Assembly (NCBI GenBank): GCA_964187785.1
Contig: OZ076410.1
Span: 19,530,001 to 19,594,000, forward strand
Source of the DNA: Amphiscolops sp. MND2022
Taxonomy: Eukaryota
Length of the DNA: 64,000 nt
Direction of reading: 5' to 3'
Made by a program: the position numbers and the translations under genes. Positions 1 through 12,490 of the stretch are shown here, piece by piece. The first letter of the stretch is position 1; the number at the start of each line of letters is the position of its first letter. The notes below the pieces were generated by a model. That model was not told the origin of the DNA and did no database searches. It was given only the letters and a program-made list of their open reading frames with translations.

Positions 1-294
1 GATAGCAGATTCAAAAAACGCCGAATTCTTGCGAAAAGGACTGCTAGTCTTACCAAAACGAACTGCAAAAAAAAACATGCTTGTTTTCTTTAGCTTGATG
101 CTACCTACCAATTGTAGTAATTGCTTGAAATGAGACGCTCTGCTCAATTAGGCCTACGGTGCTTGTCGTCCTCTATTAATTGCAGTAAAATGTCAATATT
201 GCTGTGATGTGTCGTACTTTCTTCATGCATTAGCTCGTGAGCTACTATTTCGCAATGTCCGGTGATCTGGAAGACTTTGCCACCATCTTCGTTT

Positions 295-530
295 TCAGCA
301 GCTGCCTAAACGTTGATTTTGAAGAAGAAATACAACGTTACTGACAGCAATTACAGACTGGAACAGGTCGGCAAGTACTCCTGAGAGGCGTGATCTCCTC
401 CTAACGGGACATGTTTTACCTTTGGGTCCAAAATTTGGACTTGTGACTATGGGCGCCTGTCCCGGACACGTACCCATGTCACAGGTTCCTCCATCTTCAC
501 AGACGGAGAAGCGACGGCGATTGCTTGTAA
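295..530 (-). CDS. Possible host coding exon(s), product unknown
   Basis: More GC-rich than flanks. Open frame SNRRRFSVCEDGGTCDMGTCPGQAPIVTSPNFGPK...GSC*; a second open frame (AAENEDGGKVF...RRPN*) follows at about 310-150. Splice sites are ambiguous and no family is recognised. Confidence 0.25.
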
Positions 531-1777
531 TATAGAAAGATTATTCTCTCAGCGAGTGGTTCATTCAAGTTGGAAATTAATTCGAAGTGATATAATTTCA
601 CTCAATGTGGAAATTTTGAATGGCGCTATGGTTAGGATACGACTCAATTTTATTGGTCTATTCATTCGATTTGTAAGATGCTTCATTTAAAGTAAAACTG
701 CTGTAATATTGTTGTTAAATGAACTCTGAAGCGAAAAGGAAGGCAACGAGGCTCTACAATTTCAGTTCAAATGGAATTAATTCCAATTTGAATGAATAAA
801 TTGCCGAGAATATCTTCTTTCTGCAGGCAGCGAGAACTAAACTTTGAACACTCATGAATGAGCCTTTTGCGATAAACAACAGCTACTTTTGTTCACATTG
901 TCCAATTTTAAATCAGAATGATTTTGTATTCATTTGAATTATAGATAGAGTGGAACAAACTTTCAGTTAGTTCCCAAAATTTTGCTACTCTTATAGTTTA
1001 CCTTGAAATTTAATTTGCTCAACTTAAGGGAATAAAATTCCTCTTGTTCACATACGATTTTGAGTGACTGTCAACGCCGTTTTGGTATTCAACTAAACTG
1101 GAATGCTTTTCATTTAAATAAAAATCGGTGTAAAACTGTCAGTTTTAGTAGACTGATTTGTAACTCTAATGTTGACATTATGGCTGCATAAAATTGAAAG
1201 CTTCCTGTCGTTCTTGACTTCTTTTTTAGCAGGTTGTTACTAACAGCGTAACATTTCCGACGATCCCTTCCTCACGCAGTGCTATGTGTCGTATGAACTA
1301 ATTTCAGGAAAATGCAGCACTGACAATTCAACACATAGACAAATACAGAAAACTCAAAACAAAGTGTTAACTTGATCACTTTCTCTTGTCGTTTTTTGAG
1401 GCATTTTAAGAGTTCGTAGCTGCCATGACAATCCAAAATTTCCCCTACTTTTTGTCGGAGAACTTGTCCCAGAAATGAACCTCGAAGTTGATGAGTTTAC
1501 GGTGTCTTTTACATTAAAAAACGAACCCTAAACATCAACCCCTGTCAAAAAAGCCGATTTATGTGGGATTTTTTTTTGAAAAATAGCATAAATTAGTGAG
1601 TAGTTGCTTACATGAAAGCATGTGAAGTCATCAGAATAGAGTGATTCAGAGAGATATTGCAACTGTTAAGAAGTAATTGTACTGAAATCTACTGCTAAAA
1701 AGTTAGTTATTTTACCAGGTGGTGGGGCGGGGTCTTGTGGTATGCTGAAAATAAGCAGATTATCTGAAAAAATATGC

Positions 1778-1937
1778 TTAGCTTTTTCTTGTATGTCGCA
1801 ATAATTCCTGCCTGATTGCGCGCTCCCTGAGACTCTTGTAGGACAGCAGGTACAGGGTGACCATGATGACTAGGATCAACACCAGAACTGTGACGTAGGT
1901 GACCATGGCTCCCCAGTTGAAGTGAGTCACTGTTATG
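1778..1937 (-). CDS. Probable terminal exon of a membrane protein (one TM helix plus basic tail)
   Basis: After acceptor tgcatgcag|c the frame reads ITVTHFNWGAMVTYVTVLVLILVIMVTLYLLSYKSLRERAIRQELLRHTRKS-TAA: about 22 hydrophobic residues then a K/R-rich segment. This frame is not in the ORF track. Confidence 0.55.
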
Positions 1938-3410
1938 CTGCATGCATGCAAAAATCAGGGATGTCCATCGATGCATTATCGATGCACATGTAAAATTTAT
2001 CTTAGAGTAAGAATTCATAAAAAATCGTTTCTTCCTGAAAACTGTTCCAGCTCGAAAGAACGCCACTTGGAATGAGTTTTTCGCATTTGTTTAAAAACTT
2101 CGGTCATTAGCTGTGGTGTTTTAAATTTGGCCTAGTGAGTTTGAGCTACAAAAACTTCATACAATTTCTGAAATACAGTTGAAACTTAAAAACCAACCAG
2201 TCTAGATAACTAGATATTCAAGGTTTACCGCTGTAGAACAAAATTTGAACAAAACAGGCGTTTGAAAACATTTCAGAAGGCCACCAAGAAATACAATTGA
2301 AGTACTCTGAAATTGTAGTTTTCAAAATGTGATCCAAATGTTATTCTATTCTTTTCATAGTTGTATATTCATGAATACTGGAACTGATACTCTAGGGTAA
2401 AACAATGAGAATACATGCATTTTGCTTAGCAATTTATTCATGATTGCATTGAAAAACGATGACATCGCACTGAATTTGCCTAAAAATCACAAAAATATGT
2501 ATCATTTAAAGATTTTTTTTGCAATAAAAAACTGTGGGCTGGATTGGATTGACGAAAAGTGTTTCGTGCCAACCATGAACGAGATAAATTGTGCGAGCGA
2601 CGTTTGTTGATAAAAACATTCCAAAAAACAATAAGTAGAAGTAACCTACTCAAAAATTATAGTATCCGACACTTTTCATGAGTAACAACCTTCGATTTAT
2701 TTTTTGGTTCATTTTTTGAAAAAATTTTATTGTCGATTGGTCATCCCTGCATACTATGGAGGCTATCCAGTTAAACACACAAGCGCAAATGGCGTCTCGA
2801 AAGGTGAAATCTTTCACGCCAACCAGACAGATCAGAACGTACCTGAAACGAAAACAAAAGTTAACCTATCTGGAACATTTAACTATACGTATTGATAGAC
2901 AGCTTTTAAAATGAAACAGAAACGTCGATCATTACGATACATATGCCGCAAAAGTGGACTTTATCATCAAGTGTAAAGTGTATTTTCCGTAAAATGAGAG
3001 CGAACCGTATTCTAGTCAAACAGTGCATCGTGTTCATCGCGGATTGTGATGCACTGTGTAATCAGAAATTGCGGATTGTGGTCACTCAGAATTTACTCCT
3101 ACAAATATGAGACGGTGGTTGTAGAACAGAGGACTCCCAGGAAAATTTTAAAGGGATATAAAAACGCAAAACTTGGAGCAAAGTAAGTGACCAAATTTTC
3201 AAAAGTTTCATCACAACTGATTGAGTTCCGCTGCTATTTTCCGTCTTCTTAACTGAATGGTCAACTCTAGTTTTGGTGTGGTTCTCTTTACTTTCTTTCC
3301 GAGAAAATTCAACCGGAAAATTGTAAGCAAGTATTGAACCTAGTTGCTACTTGCATTGTGAGTGGTATGGCAACAGGGGTAAGAGGATTCGAGTTGAACT
3401 ACACCAATAC

Positions 3411-4701
3411 TGTCACAAGCTGCCTCTTGTGATGACAACTAATTGATACCAAATTAGGACGCAAGAAGACAGTACTTCCCCCTCCAGGGGTTTTACCTAT
3501 TTAGACGAAACAGACCTAGCGTCAATTTGACAAGAGTAAAATTGTCGAGAAAACTCATCTTGAAGTCATGAATACTTTATATTTACACGTTTTTATGTTT
3601 TTTTTTTGTTATGAATACCTATCAGTGTTCAAATGCATAAACGAAGACTATACGTTGCAAAGCTAGTCAATGTTGAAGTAATTACAGCAGTTTAGAAGGT
3701 TAACAGTGCTACTTTGAGCTGAAAAGGAAACGCGTTCAACTGGTATTCTGCTCTAGTCGGATTGACGCGTTGTTCGTAATATATTCAGTCAATCAGTTTA
3801 CCAGAAGCAATTCATTAATACTTGCGGTGTAGTCGCAGAAGCTTTCTTTTTTACGTCCACTTTCTGAATACCATGATGAATCTTTGGTTAATATTGGTTT
3901 AGAGCATGTAAACTCATAGTCATGTAATCATTTTTTATTACTCTGTGTGTTTCAATCATGAACCTAATGCCGTTGCTATTTTTAGATCACTCTATTTTCA
4001 TATGTTTTGAGATCCACGATACCCTAATTTAGTCCTGTCATGGTCAATTGGGTATAAATAGCGCCAACTCATCATCGCGATTCATTCAATCATAATACAA
4101 TTCTCACACTTTTTTTACCACAACTAGTTCCTTACTTTGGATTTGGCTAATTCAGTCTTGAATTTCTTTCGTTTTTGTGATATGGATGTTTAAAATATGG
4201 ATGTTATGCTAGAAAAGTTCCCCGATAATGACTTTGCAAATCACCCAGTTGATTGTGAAAGAAAGTGACACAGGGTCAGCTGGACTACAGGAAAATACTG
4301 ATACTTTAGGAGAAGATTTCAGGTGACTACTAAACAGCAGTAGCCATGGGAATAGTGATATAGATGTAAAAAGAGTACGAGTGATTATTGAAGAGCTGAT
4401 TTCCCAGTTCACAAGGAAATTATAGGAAATCAAAAATGGTCTAAACTCTCAGATTTTAGCAGCATTAAACACTGCACTAACGGAGAAGGTGATTCCGGAG
4501 TTACAAGGTAGCATTGGCGTTCTAGGGAACGTGTTAAATACAAATTTTGACCTTCAGTTCGCAGGACTACACACAAATACCGAAGGTATATTGACTAGTG
4601 AGAACACTTCAAGACAGCTCAAAAGGGATGGAAACAGGTAAGCTTAGAGAGCATTAGAGAGGATTCTTTAGACTCAAACACAAGTGATAGAGATTACGAC
4701 A
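3411..4701 (+). mobile_element. Solo LTR (copy 3), old, of the ORF-bearing LTR family
   Basis: Starts TGTCACAAG-CTGCCT-CTTGTGATG and ends ...TTACGACA. Flanks AATAC/AATGC (5-bp TSD, 1 mismatch). Contains AGGAAACGCGTTCAA (3725-3739) and a decayed homolog of the LTR ORF. Confidence 0.8.
4179..4701 (+). pseudogene. Decayed LTR-encoded ORF (gag N-terminal extension)
   Basis: DMDV*NMDVML...GEDFR*LLNSSSHGNSDIDVKRVRVIIEELISQFTRKL*EIKNGLNSQILAALNTALTEKVIPELQGSI aligns by eye with the ORF at 21675-22316; internal stops and a frameshift. Confidence 0.75.
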
Positions 4702-5570
4702 AATGCATGTTTGAAAAAAAGTATAGAACGAAATACTACATCGAAAATTTGACATAAAGTTATGTTGAAGAATTATAGTTTGTCTTGCCAGAAAGAGTCT
4801 GGCGATTCGAATCTAGCCCGTGTCGTTCGTACAGGACTCTTCGAAATTTTGTTGAAAGGTGCTTTTAGTAAACGCGGTATTCCTTTAGAATAAGTTGACG
4901 GTCAAGGCAGACAAGTGTCCACCGAAGTTTTTCATTGTTAGTTGTCTCGGTCACTATGAGATTCAGTTCGGTTGGGAAAACCGTTTTCATGTTGCATACG
5001 GTTTGTTCTGAATCCTAGTTATTGCTTTTGGCAGCCACCACCTTTGGAGCGTGTCTAATTCTGATGAAACGAACAAACTTGCAGCAATCATTTATACCAG
5101 TTCTGTGCGGGTACTTCTACGTCCGACAAACTTTTTTGCTAGGTGCTACCGACATTTAGCTTGCTTCCAGTGATGTCTTTCACTTGTAGGCGCCGCTCGG
5201 TCCCCACTTTGTTGGTGTTGCATTCCCAGTTGTTTCAATTCAATATTCCGATGCTGCGTCTTAGTTTAGATTTCTCCGGTGTCTGTTTGTGGTGTATGGC
5301 AGCTCGGATTGGTCTCAATATAGCGTTTTTCATGGCGAATGAAGCGGGGTTCACGGATCCATTCCACCTGCGCTGGGACAGGTAGTATATCCCGCTTTCA
5401 CGATGTCTTTCCAACGCTGTATTAGGTCTTGAGTCTCGCTCGGGTCTGAGATCCACCAATTACAGGGGGCTCTCTCAGAAGCTTTTATATATTTTTTATT
5501 TCCTTGAACTTATTGTCGATGGTCATCGACGAATGAGAAGTTAATTTCCCCATTACCGCGGGGTGGACAA

Positions 5571-6403
5571 CCCAGGTTTTCGATCTTTGCGATTCTGTGC
5601 AGATCTGCAGAATTTTTGCAGATCTTCGCAGATATGTGCAGATTCGAAGAACATTGATCTAGTTAGAAACACAATAGAAACCCCACAGCAATGTCAAACG
5701 AATAATAAAAAAGTTTAAAACCCGAGAGAAATCTCATTTATGTCAAAATGATGAAACATTTTTCTGCAGCAATCTGTACAGATCTGTAGAGTTTTGCAGA
5801 TCTTTACAGATCTTTGCAGATCCAAACAATAACCAGTATATTACTATAACGTATTCCGAGTTACCAGAAATTATTAAAATTACTTCAACAAACTATGTTC
5901 CCGAAATATTACAACCACAACACTTTATCAACACATCTACCAACCCAGAAGGTTGCCACATGTCAAATTTCATCCGTCAAAACGAAATCAATATGGCAAA
6001 CGAGCCTCTCAAAGTTCAACAATTACTTCTGGAACGTTCGAGTGGAAAGATAAAATACGGTGATTAACCAATACCACGCATTCTCCCGTCACCAAAATTA
6101 CCGTGATGGGGACAAATTTTCCTTCTCGTGAATTTCGCGTGATAGATAGTTTCTCTGATTGAGCCATGGTCAGCTAAAATACTTGCCAAGGTAGTTAAAG
6201 AAGTCCAAAAATGCAGTATATTGGTTCCTTAGAAGCTGCAGAAAAACATATTTCTGCAAAAATCTTAAAAGAAAATCTGCACACTTCTGTAAAGATCTTG
6301 AAGATCTGTATGGATCTTCAAGATTCAGTGCACCGATCTTTGCAGAACCCTGCAGAAAAAATCCTGCAGATCTGCACAGATTCGCAAAGATCGAAAACCT
6401 GGG
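5571..6403 (+). mobile_element. MITE family A, copy 1 (CCC...GGG ends, 2-bp TSD; CACTA/EnSpm-like by inference)
   Basis: About 40-bp TIR CCCAGGTTTTCGATCTTTGCGA.TCTGTGCAGATCTGCAG; flanks AA/AA; many subterminal CAGATCT palindromes. Confidence 0.85.
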
Positions 6404-6976
6404 AAGTCAACAAAACCCAACGTTTATGCAGATTCACATTATTCGACATGACAATTTTCTGTTGGCAAGGTATAAAAACTGATTGAAGAGTACTTATTCT
6501 GTATATTTAGGGATGCACTGATTATACTGTTACATGAATTGCAAAACTGTCGCGAACAACGGCGTCAGGACATCCTCGAGCTGTATAATTACCCAACCCG
6601 GATCAATGACCGCTGTTTCCAGCAGTAATAAGACTGCTGAAACAGGCTCAAAGAAAGCTGGATATTTGAATTTACAAAAATTGTGGGATTTGTGATTGTT
6701 CGCTGTGTAACTTTCCGATAGTGGTTCCGGACGTTTGAGAGCATTTCCCTCCATCTCTGGATTCGACAGGAGTGATAACTTACAAGTTTTCAAAAACCTT
6801 TAACATGGACTTTCATTCCGTACATTTGCACTTCTCAGTCTTAAACAGGTGATAGGTTTTTAGGATTCTCGTCTGAATTTCGGAAACCAGAATACGTTAT
6901 CGTAGTTTTTCGCACATTTCTGCATGGAAATTTATTTCAGCGGGTTGAAGCATTTTGATTATGAAAACGAATAGAA

Positions 6977-7015
<39 letters not shown>

Positions 7016-7234
7016 GGGTGAAATGAGCCTTTAGGTTGAGTACCGAAGGTATAGTGTTTTTTATAATCTTAGAATTGTGTCCATTGTCATAAGATACGAT
7101 CTTAGAATAATGTATTATCTTAGTAAGATCTCAATAAGAATCTTGTCGTGGGTTCCATGGTTGCCAAGATGTGGTAAGAATTTGGTAAGATCTTGCCAAG
7201 ACAGCCAATATGCTAGTAAGGAGATCAACCCGGG
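6404..7234 (+). mobile_element. MITE family B, copy 1, left end missing
   Basis: Colinear with 10280-11087; ends ...GAGATCAACCCGGG; right arm rich in AAGATCTT palindromes. Confidence 0.8.
6978..7016. repeat. (TTG)n microsatellite inside MITE B1
   Basis: About 13 TTG units; the homologous site in B2 (about 10847-10856) has 3. Confidence 0.95.
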
Positions 7235-8538
7235 TTTGCTGATTGTGTGATTTTCTTTGAGACTGCAATAATCTCCATCCGCACGGGATGGCTTTTTTCT
7301 TTGAATTGGTTGATGGAACGCTTGTGTTTGATCAGCGGCATACTCAAGTGTAATGATCAACCTCTCATTTATTTCATTTATTTCCGGGCTCAGAGGACAA
7401 TTCGGTGCGGTTTGACTGATATGTCGCTTTTTATTAGATTCATAACCACGAATCGATTTGCCGATCAGCGACCGAACCTAATATCCCATTAAGCAATTTA
7501 AAGTCCTTTTCCACCTCAAGGATTCTTCCATTCATCCTCTTCAGAGTCGTCGGGCCCCTCTTTGAATGCCGAAGAAACTTATCGGTAAGAACGGTAAACG
7601 TTCAATTACAGGTTAGAGGTAATTAAACAGAATTCAACTACCAAGAAGTTAAGAAGTTAGGATCGTAGTATGTCATTGATGAAATGCTTGAACGGTTCTA
7701 ATGTAAGATTTCCATTCAAAAATTGCTAAATTGCTGAACGTTAGGGATGGTGTTCCCTTCATTTCATGAATGTTTACAGTTATAAATAACTAGAATTCAA
7801 AGACAGTACAATTAGCATCCTAACTTACTTCTTCATAGATTTAATTAACGTTTTTTGTATAGAAAGTGACCAGAAATAACCAAAAAGACACATATTTCAT
7901 CATATTCCACATTTTTGCAAGTTTGTGCACTCGATGCTTGACCTCTAAATTTATCTTGTCGCAAAAATAATTGCATGCCAAAAATTGCTGGTTCTCTGCG
8001 GGATGCTTGTTACTCAATTAGCAACAAGTTTATTGTTCCAATCATCAGCTGTTTCAATCATTGATTGCCTAACAACCGATCTTTTTTTGACCGGACCGGA
8101 CTGCTTTTTCAATTACCATGTACAGCAGATTCCCTCCTTTCGGGTTGAGTGAATTACGTCACAGCATACGTCATAAGAGGTTTTTCTGTTGTAGTTGGCA
8201 TGTAACTCGACCATGTGAATTCGCTTCCCTTTTCATATAACCTTGTATGGTTGCTTTGTTCAAAAACAAAGCTCATATTTTTAGCCTTTACTTGAGTATC
8301 TGAAAGCGTGAAAAGTTAGAGTTGGGGTCTTGGCTGTTAAAGCCCCCCTCCAAAGTAAGTGCGGACAATTTATTTCCGAACTACCCTCCCCGTTGACACA
8401 ATCGATTCGAGATGCAGTTAAGAGTTGAAAATACTGAAATCTGATTGGTTGTTTGACCAATTCAATGATAATTTCACTTGACCGCTTAACTGGGGGGATT
8501 GAATTGGTGGGGGAAATTAACAGAAAAGATACATGTAC

Positions 8539-8602
8539 CAGAGTTGCTTGCTGATACATTCAATGGATATTCGATCAGTGACCTTTTCATCTTTTGTTCT
8601 AT
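8539..8602 (-). CDS. Candidate 64-bp internal exon
   Basis: tttgcag|AT AGA...CTC TG|gtacat. The phase-2 end joins in frame to the 1937 exon (..ISIECISKQL-C-ITVTHF..). Short, with a non-optimal donor. Confidence 0.3.
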
Positions 8603-8985
8603 CTGCAAATTTTCAGTCCGTTCAGTCACACATTAGACCGCTCGCTTGAGTGAATGTTAAATTTCAAATGTTAAACGAATGTGTTTTTTTATTCCCTTCT
8701 CTAGAGCGAAATTGAGAAACTGATTTCCGCAGATTTGCGAAAAAAACTCAAATCAGTCAGAACTAGGAAAATTATGTTAAAACTTGAAAATTTGATTCGA
8801 GTCAGGTGATAGTATTAAGGGAGAAATTTCATCCATTGAATAAATATTTTAAAATGCTGCGAAACTTTAGACTTGATCTTTGTTTTGCTTCGTCCGTAAT
8901 CACAGAGGTTACTGAGACAAGTTAAGAGTACCATTTACCCAACCGGCTGTTTCATCCCTGAACAATCTTTCCCGTTTGATATTAT

Positions 8986-9260
8986 GGTTACATGTCAGAA
9001 TATCCTAAGTCATAATAACCAATGCCATAATAGCCAATGCCAAAATATCCAAGGTGACAAAATAGCCAATGCCAAAATAGCCAACGTGACATAATAGCCA
9101 ATGTTATAGTGTCACTTTGGCTGTTTTGGTATTGTCTTATTTCGCATTGGCTATTTTGTCATTGGCTATTTTGGCATTGGCTATTTTGGCATATTGGATA
9201 TTATGGCATTGGCTATTTTGACCTTGGCTATTTTGACTTTGGTTATTTTGTCCTGCCACC
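8986..9260. mobile_element. Foldback MITE with 15-bp periodic arms (Mutator/Foldback-like by inference)
   Basis: Left arm AATAGCCAATGCCAA-type repeats, right arm TTGGCTATTTTGGCA-type repeats; ends GGTTACA...TGCCACC; flanks TGATATTAT/TGATTTTAT (9 bp, 1 mismatch). Confidence 0.8.
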
Positions 9261-9450
9261 TGATTTTATATGCCAGTCGAATCCACATATCAAAGTTGAA
9301 TAGCCATTTTCATTGGAAATTTCTCATAAAAATGGCCATGCATTCAACTTTGGTATGTGGATTCTAGTTACATTAATGTAACTACTAGTGCGAATTCAAA
9401 CAGGAATTATGGATTCAACATGTATATAATACTTCTTTTACATATACAAC

Positions 9451-10082
9451 CCCATGTTGAGCTTTCCTTGAGAATCTGTACAGATCTGTGAGCCTTTTTT
9501 CCTTGAGGATCTGTAAAGATCGTTCCACTGCTACGTAAGGACAACTGCAGATCTGCAAGGATCTTCACAGATGTTCAAAGATTTTCGGCACAGATTTTTC
9601 AGGAAAAGTTTTTGGGAAACAATGTATTGCATTTTTGGGCTTCTTCAACAAGTATTTTTGCTGACCAAGGCTCAGTCAGTTGAACGTCTCCATCACTCAA
9701 AATTCTTGAGTAGGAAAGTTTGTCCCCATTACAGTAATTATGGTGTCTGGGAAATTTGCACGGTAGTTTATCCATTTCACTTGAACTTTCCAGAAGTGGT
9801 TGTTCAACTTTGAGATGCTCGTCTGTCATATTGACTTCGATTTGGCGGACGTAATCAGACATGTGACCACTGTCTGAGTTGGTAGAGGTGTTGATAAATT
9901 GATGTGGTTGTAGTTTTTCGGGACCATGGTTTGCTGGAGTAGTTTTAGTAATTGCTGGAAACTTGGATTACGTTATAGTAATTTATTTGTAATTTTTGAA
10001 TGGTTAATTTTTGACAAACCCTGGAGTTTCTGTCAGGATCTGTACAGATCTGTACAGATTCGCAGGGAGTGCTCAACATGGG
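9451..10082 (-). mobile_element. MITE family A, copy 2
   Basis: TIR CCCATGTTGAGC...GCTCAACATGGG; reverse complement of 14812-15631; flanks AAC/AAC; CAGATCTG arrays. Confidence 0.85.
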
Positions 10083-10084
10083 AA

Positions 10085-11087
10085 CTCGGGTCGACCCTCC
10101 ATGGATATCTTAGTAAGATCTTGGCAAGATCTTGCCAAGATCTTGGAAAAACCTTAGCTAAGATCTTGTCAAGATATTGGCAAGAATTGCAAGATGTCAT
10201 AGTAAGATCTTATCAAGAGAGCCATGTTCCCAAAAAAACTTTTATTGTAAAATCCTATTTGGAAAAAAAATATGAAAGGAAGCCTACAAAAATCAACATT
10301 TCTGCAGATTTATATTGTTAGACATTAAAACTTCTGTTAGAAATGTATAAAATTTGATTGAAGAGAAATTTATTTAGGAAGACTCGTTAAATTGTTCTTT
10401 CAATTGCAAAACTGTCGCCAACAACGGCGTCAGAGAAGCCTTGAGCTGAATCATTACCCAAATTAGAGCAAAGACCGCCGTTTTTAGCAGTAATAAGGCT
10501 GCTGAAACAGGCTCAAAGAAAGCTGGAATTATGATTTTTACAAAAATTTCCGGACTTTAAGGTCTTTCCTTTGTAACTTTCCGATAGTGGGTCTGGACGT
10601 CTGAGAGCATATTTCTCCGTCTCTGAAATCGACAAGACTGATAAATTACAAGTTTTGGAAAGCCCTTGAAATGACGTTTCATTTGGCACATTCACATTTC
10701 TCAGTGTTAAACAGGTGAGCAGTTATTAGGATTCTTGTCAAAATTTCGGAAACCAGAATACGTTATCGTAATTTTTTACGCATTTTTGCATTCAAAATTT
10801 TTTCAGCAGGTTTAAGCATTTTGATGATGAAAACGAGTAGAAATACTTGTTGTTGGGTGAGATGAGCCTTTAGATTGAGCCTCGGCTGCTTGTACCGAAG
10901 GTATAGTGTTTTTTTTATCATCTTAAAATTTTGTCCATCGTGATAAGATACGATCTTGGAATATGTATTAGCTTAGCAAGATCTTTATAAGAATCTTGCC
11001 ATGGTATCCATGGTTGCCAAGATGTAGTAAGAAGTTGGCAAGATCTTGCCAAGACAGCCAAGATGCTAGTAAGAGGGTCAACCCGGG
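10085..11087 (+). mobile_element. MITE family B, copy 2 (complete)
   Basis: Ends CTCGGGTCGACCCTC / GAGGGTCAACCCGGG; flanks AA/AA; both arms are arrays of CAAGATCTTG palindromes. Confidence 0.85.
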
Positions 11088-11504
11088 AAAACTATTATTT
11101 TACAATCACTTGCCAAAAAATGCTCGCATTGTGCAAAACTGTTTTGACCCAATTAAAAATATTCACTGTCACTGAGTCCTATGTTGTCGCTAAAATACTT
11201 CAGGGCAGAAAGTACCGCGGTGCTTAGTGGGCGCCTTGGCCGCTGTATGATCATTCGCATGTGCTTCTCTCAATCGAAAATCTAAATTGTTAGCCATTAT
11301 GCAGCAAAAAGTTAATACTAATTGAGAAGGTTTTTTGAACCAGCGTGATATTCTCAGTTTCAATGCTAACTGGAAATGAGAAAAGGCGGAACAAAAGACG
11401 AGTTTTTTGTTCACATCCGAATTGATCAGAGTCAATTTTCCCCCGCTGATAAGAAACTATAGAGGAAACTGTATATACACTTATATATAAAACTTATATA
11501 TAAT

Positions 11505-11660
11505 GGTACCATAAATTCCTTGCCAAGATCGTGGTTAACCAGTTACCCTTTGCACGATCTTCTATGGTCATGGATTCCTTACCAAGATCATGGCAAGATC
11601 TTGTTAAGGATTGCTATTAACTTGTCATGGATCACGGCAGTCATGGCTTCGAACACTGGG
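11505..11660 (+). mobile_element. Right-end fragment of MITE family C
   Basis: Ends CATGGCTTCGAACACTGGG as at 19823-19842; CAAGATC motifs. Confidence 0.7.
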
Positions 11661-12369
11661 TGAACAAATTGATCTAACTGTAACAAGTTGTTTGCCTTGT
11701 AGCATTTTCGCGTTTCTGAAATTTCAAAATTAATGTCTTCTTTTATCCTTGTGCGATGAAAGCTGTCTCTTTGTAACCGTTGGATTAAATTATCATTATG
11801 CATTAATGTTACATCTAGAAAAACATTGTTATGTTTTCATAGAGTCACATACAGGGAACACCATGGCTCCATGCGAATCCTGCACAGAAACTGGATGAAT
11901 TTATTCCATGGAACCGTTTGTCTCCACGCAATGAAGTGCATGGAATTGGATCCGGGTAAAAACTGTCATCAATGGGGTGCAAATGTTTATCATGAAAATG
12001 CGGAGATTCAAGATCATTTGTGTAACTTTTTTCGAAAGCAAAAACAAAGAAAAATTGTCGTGAAAGAGCGATTAAAGTTTTACTCACCTGATAATACAAT
12101 CATGGCTCTCAATAATTTTTTTTACAAATTTTTGAAAAAAATCAATCTTACAACCAAAATGAGAAATGAAGTTTCGTTAAACAGTTGAAGCTCAATTCCA
12201 GAAGGCTCCTTTGGGGTACCTACGAATTGGTGTTAATTGAAATCCAATTAACCGCCAGCGATGATCTATCAATGTCCATTGCAAAAAGCTGAGGTTTCGA
12301 TAGATCCATTGGAGTCTCGCTACGTGCAGTATTCATCAAGGGCATCAAGCGATAGATACTTCAAGCGCG

Positions 12370-12490
12370 CCCTTGTTGAAACTGCTTGAATTCTTTACAA
12401 GTGTTTGTAAGTTGTCAAGCACATTCTTCATGATGATCCTATGAAATCAACTTACAAACACTTGTAAATTATTCCAGCACTTTCAACCGA
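12370..12490. mobile_element. Miniature hairpin element related to family D
   Basis: Perfect 21-bp inverted repeat 12394-12414 / 12448-12468; left end CCCTTGTTGAAACTGCTTGAA resembles the family D terminus. Confidence 0.6.

Noticed and set aside
4122-4178. Possible micro-inversion of the basic N-terminus of the LTR3 ORF
   Set aside because: The reverse complement is only compositionally K/R-rich; no convincing alignment.
8986-9260. CRISPR-like or Trp/His-rich protein repeat (track ORF 9109-9303)
   Set aside because: Units are contiguous 15-mers with no unique spacers and form a foldback with a TSD; the ORF is a by-product.
11190-11435. GIY-YIG-like phrase NNLDFRLREAH...AKAPTKHR
   Set aside because: The GIY and YIG motifs are missing; similarity could be chance.
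11845-11960. Candidate exon ending GFAWSHGVP with a gtatgt donor
   Set aside because: Acceptor is ambiguous and the peptide does not supply the expected TM4.
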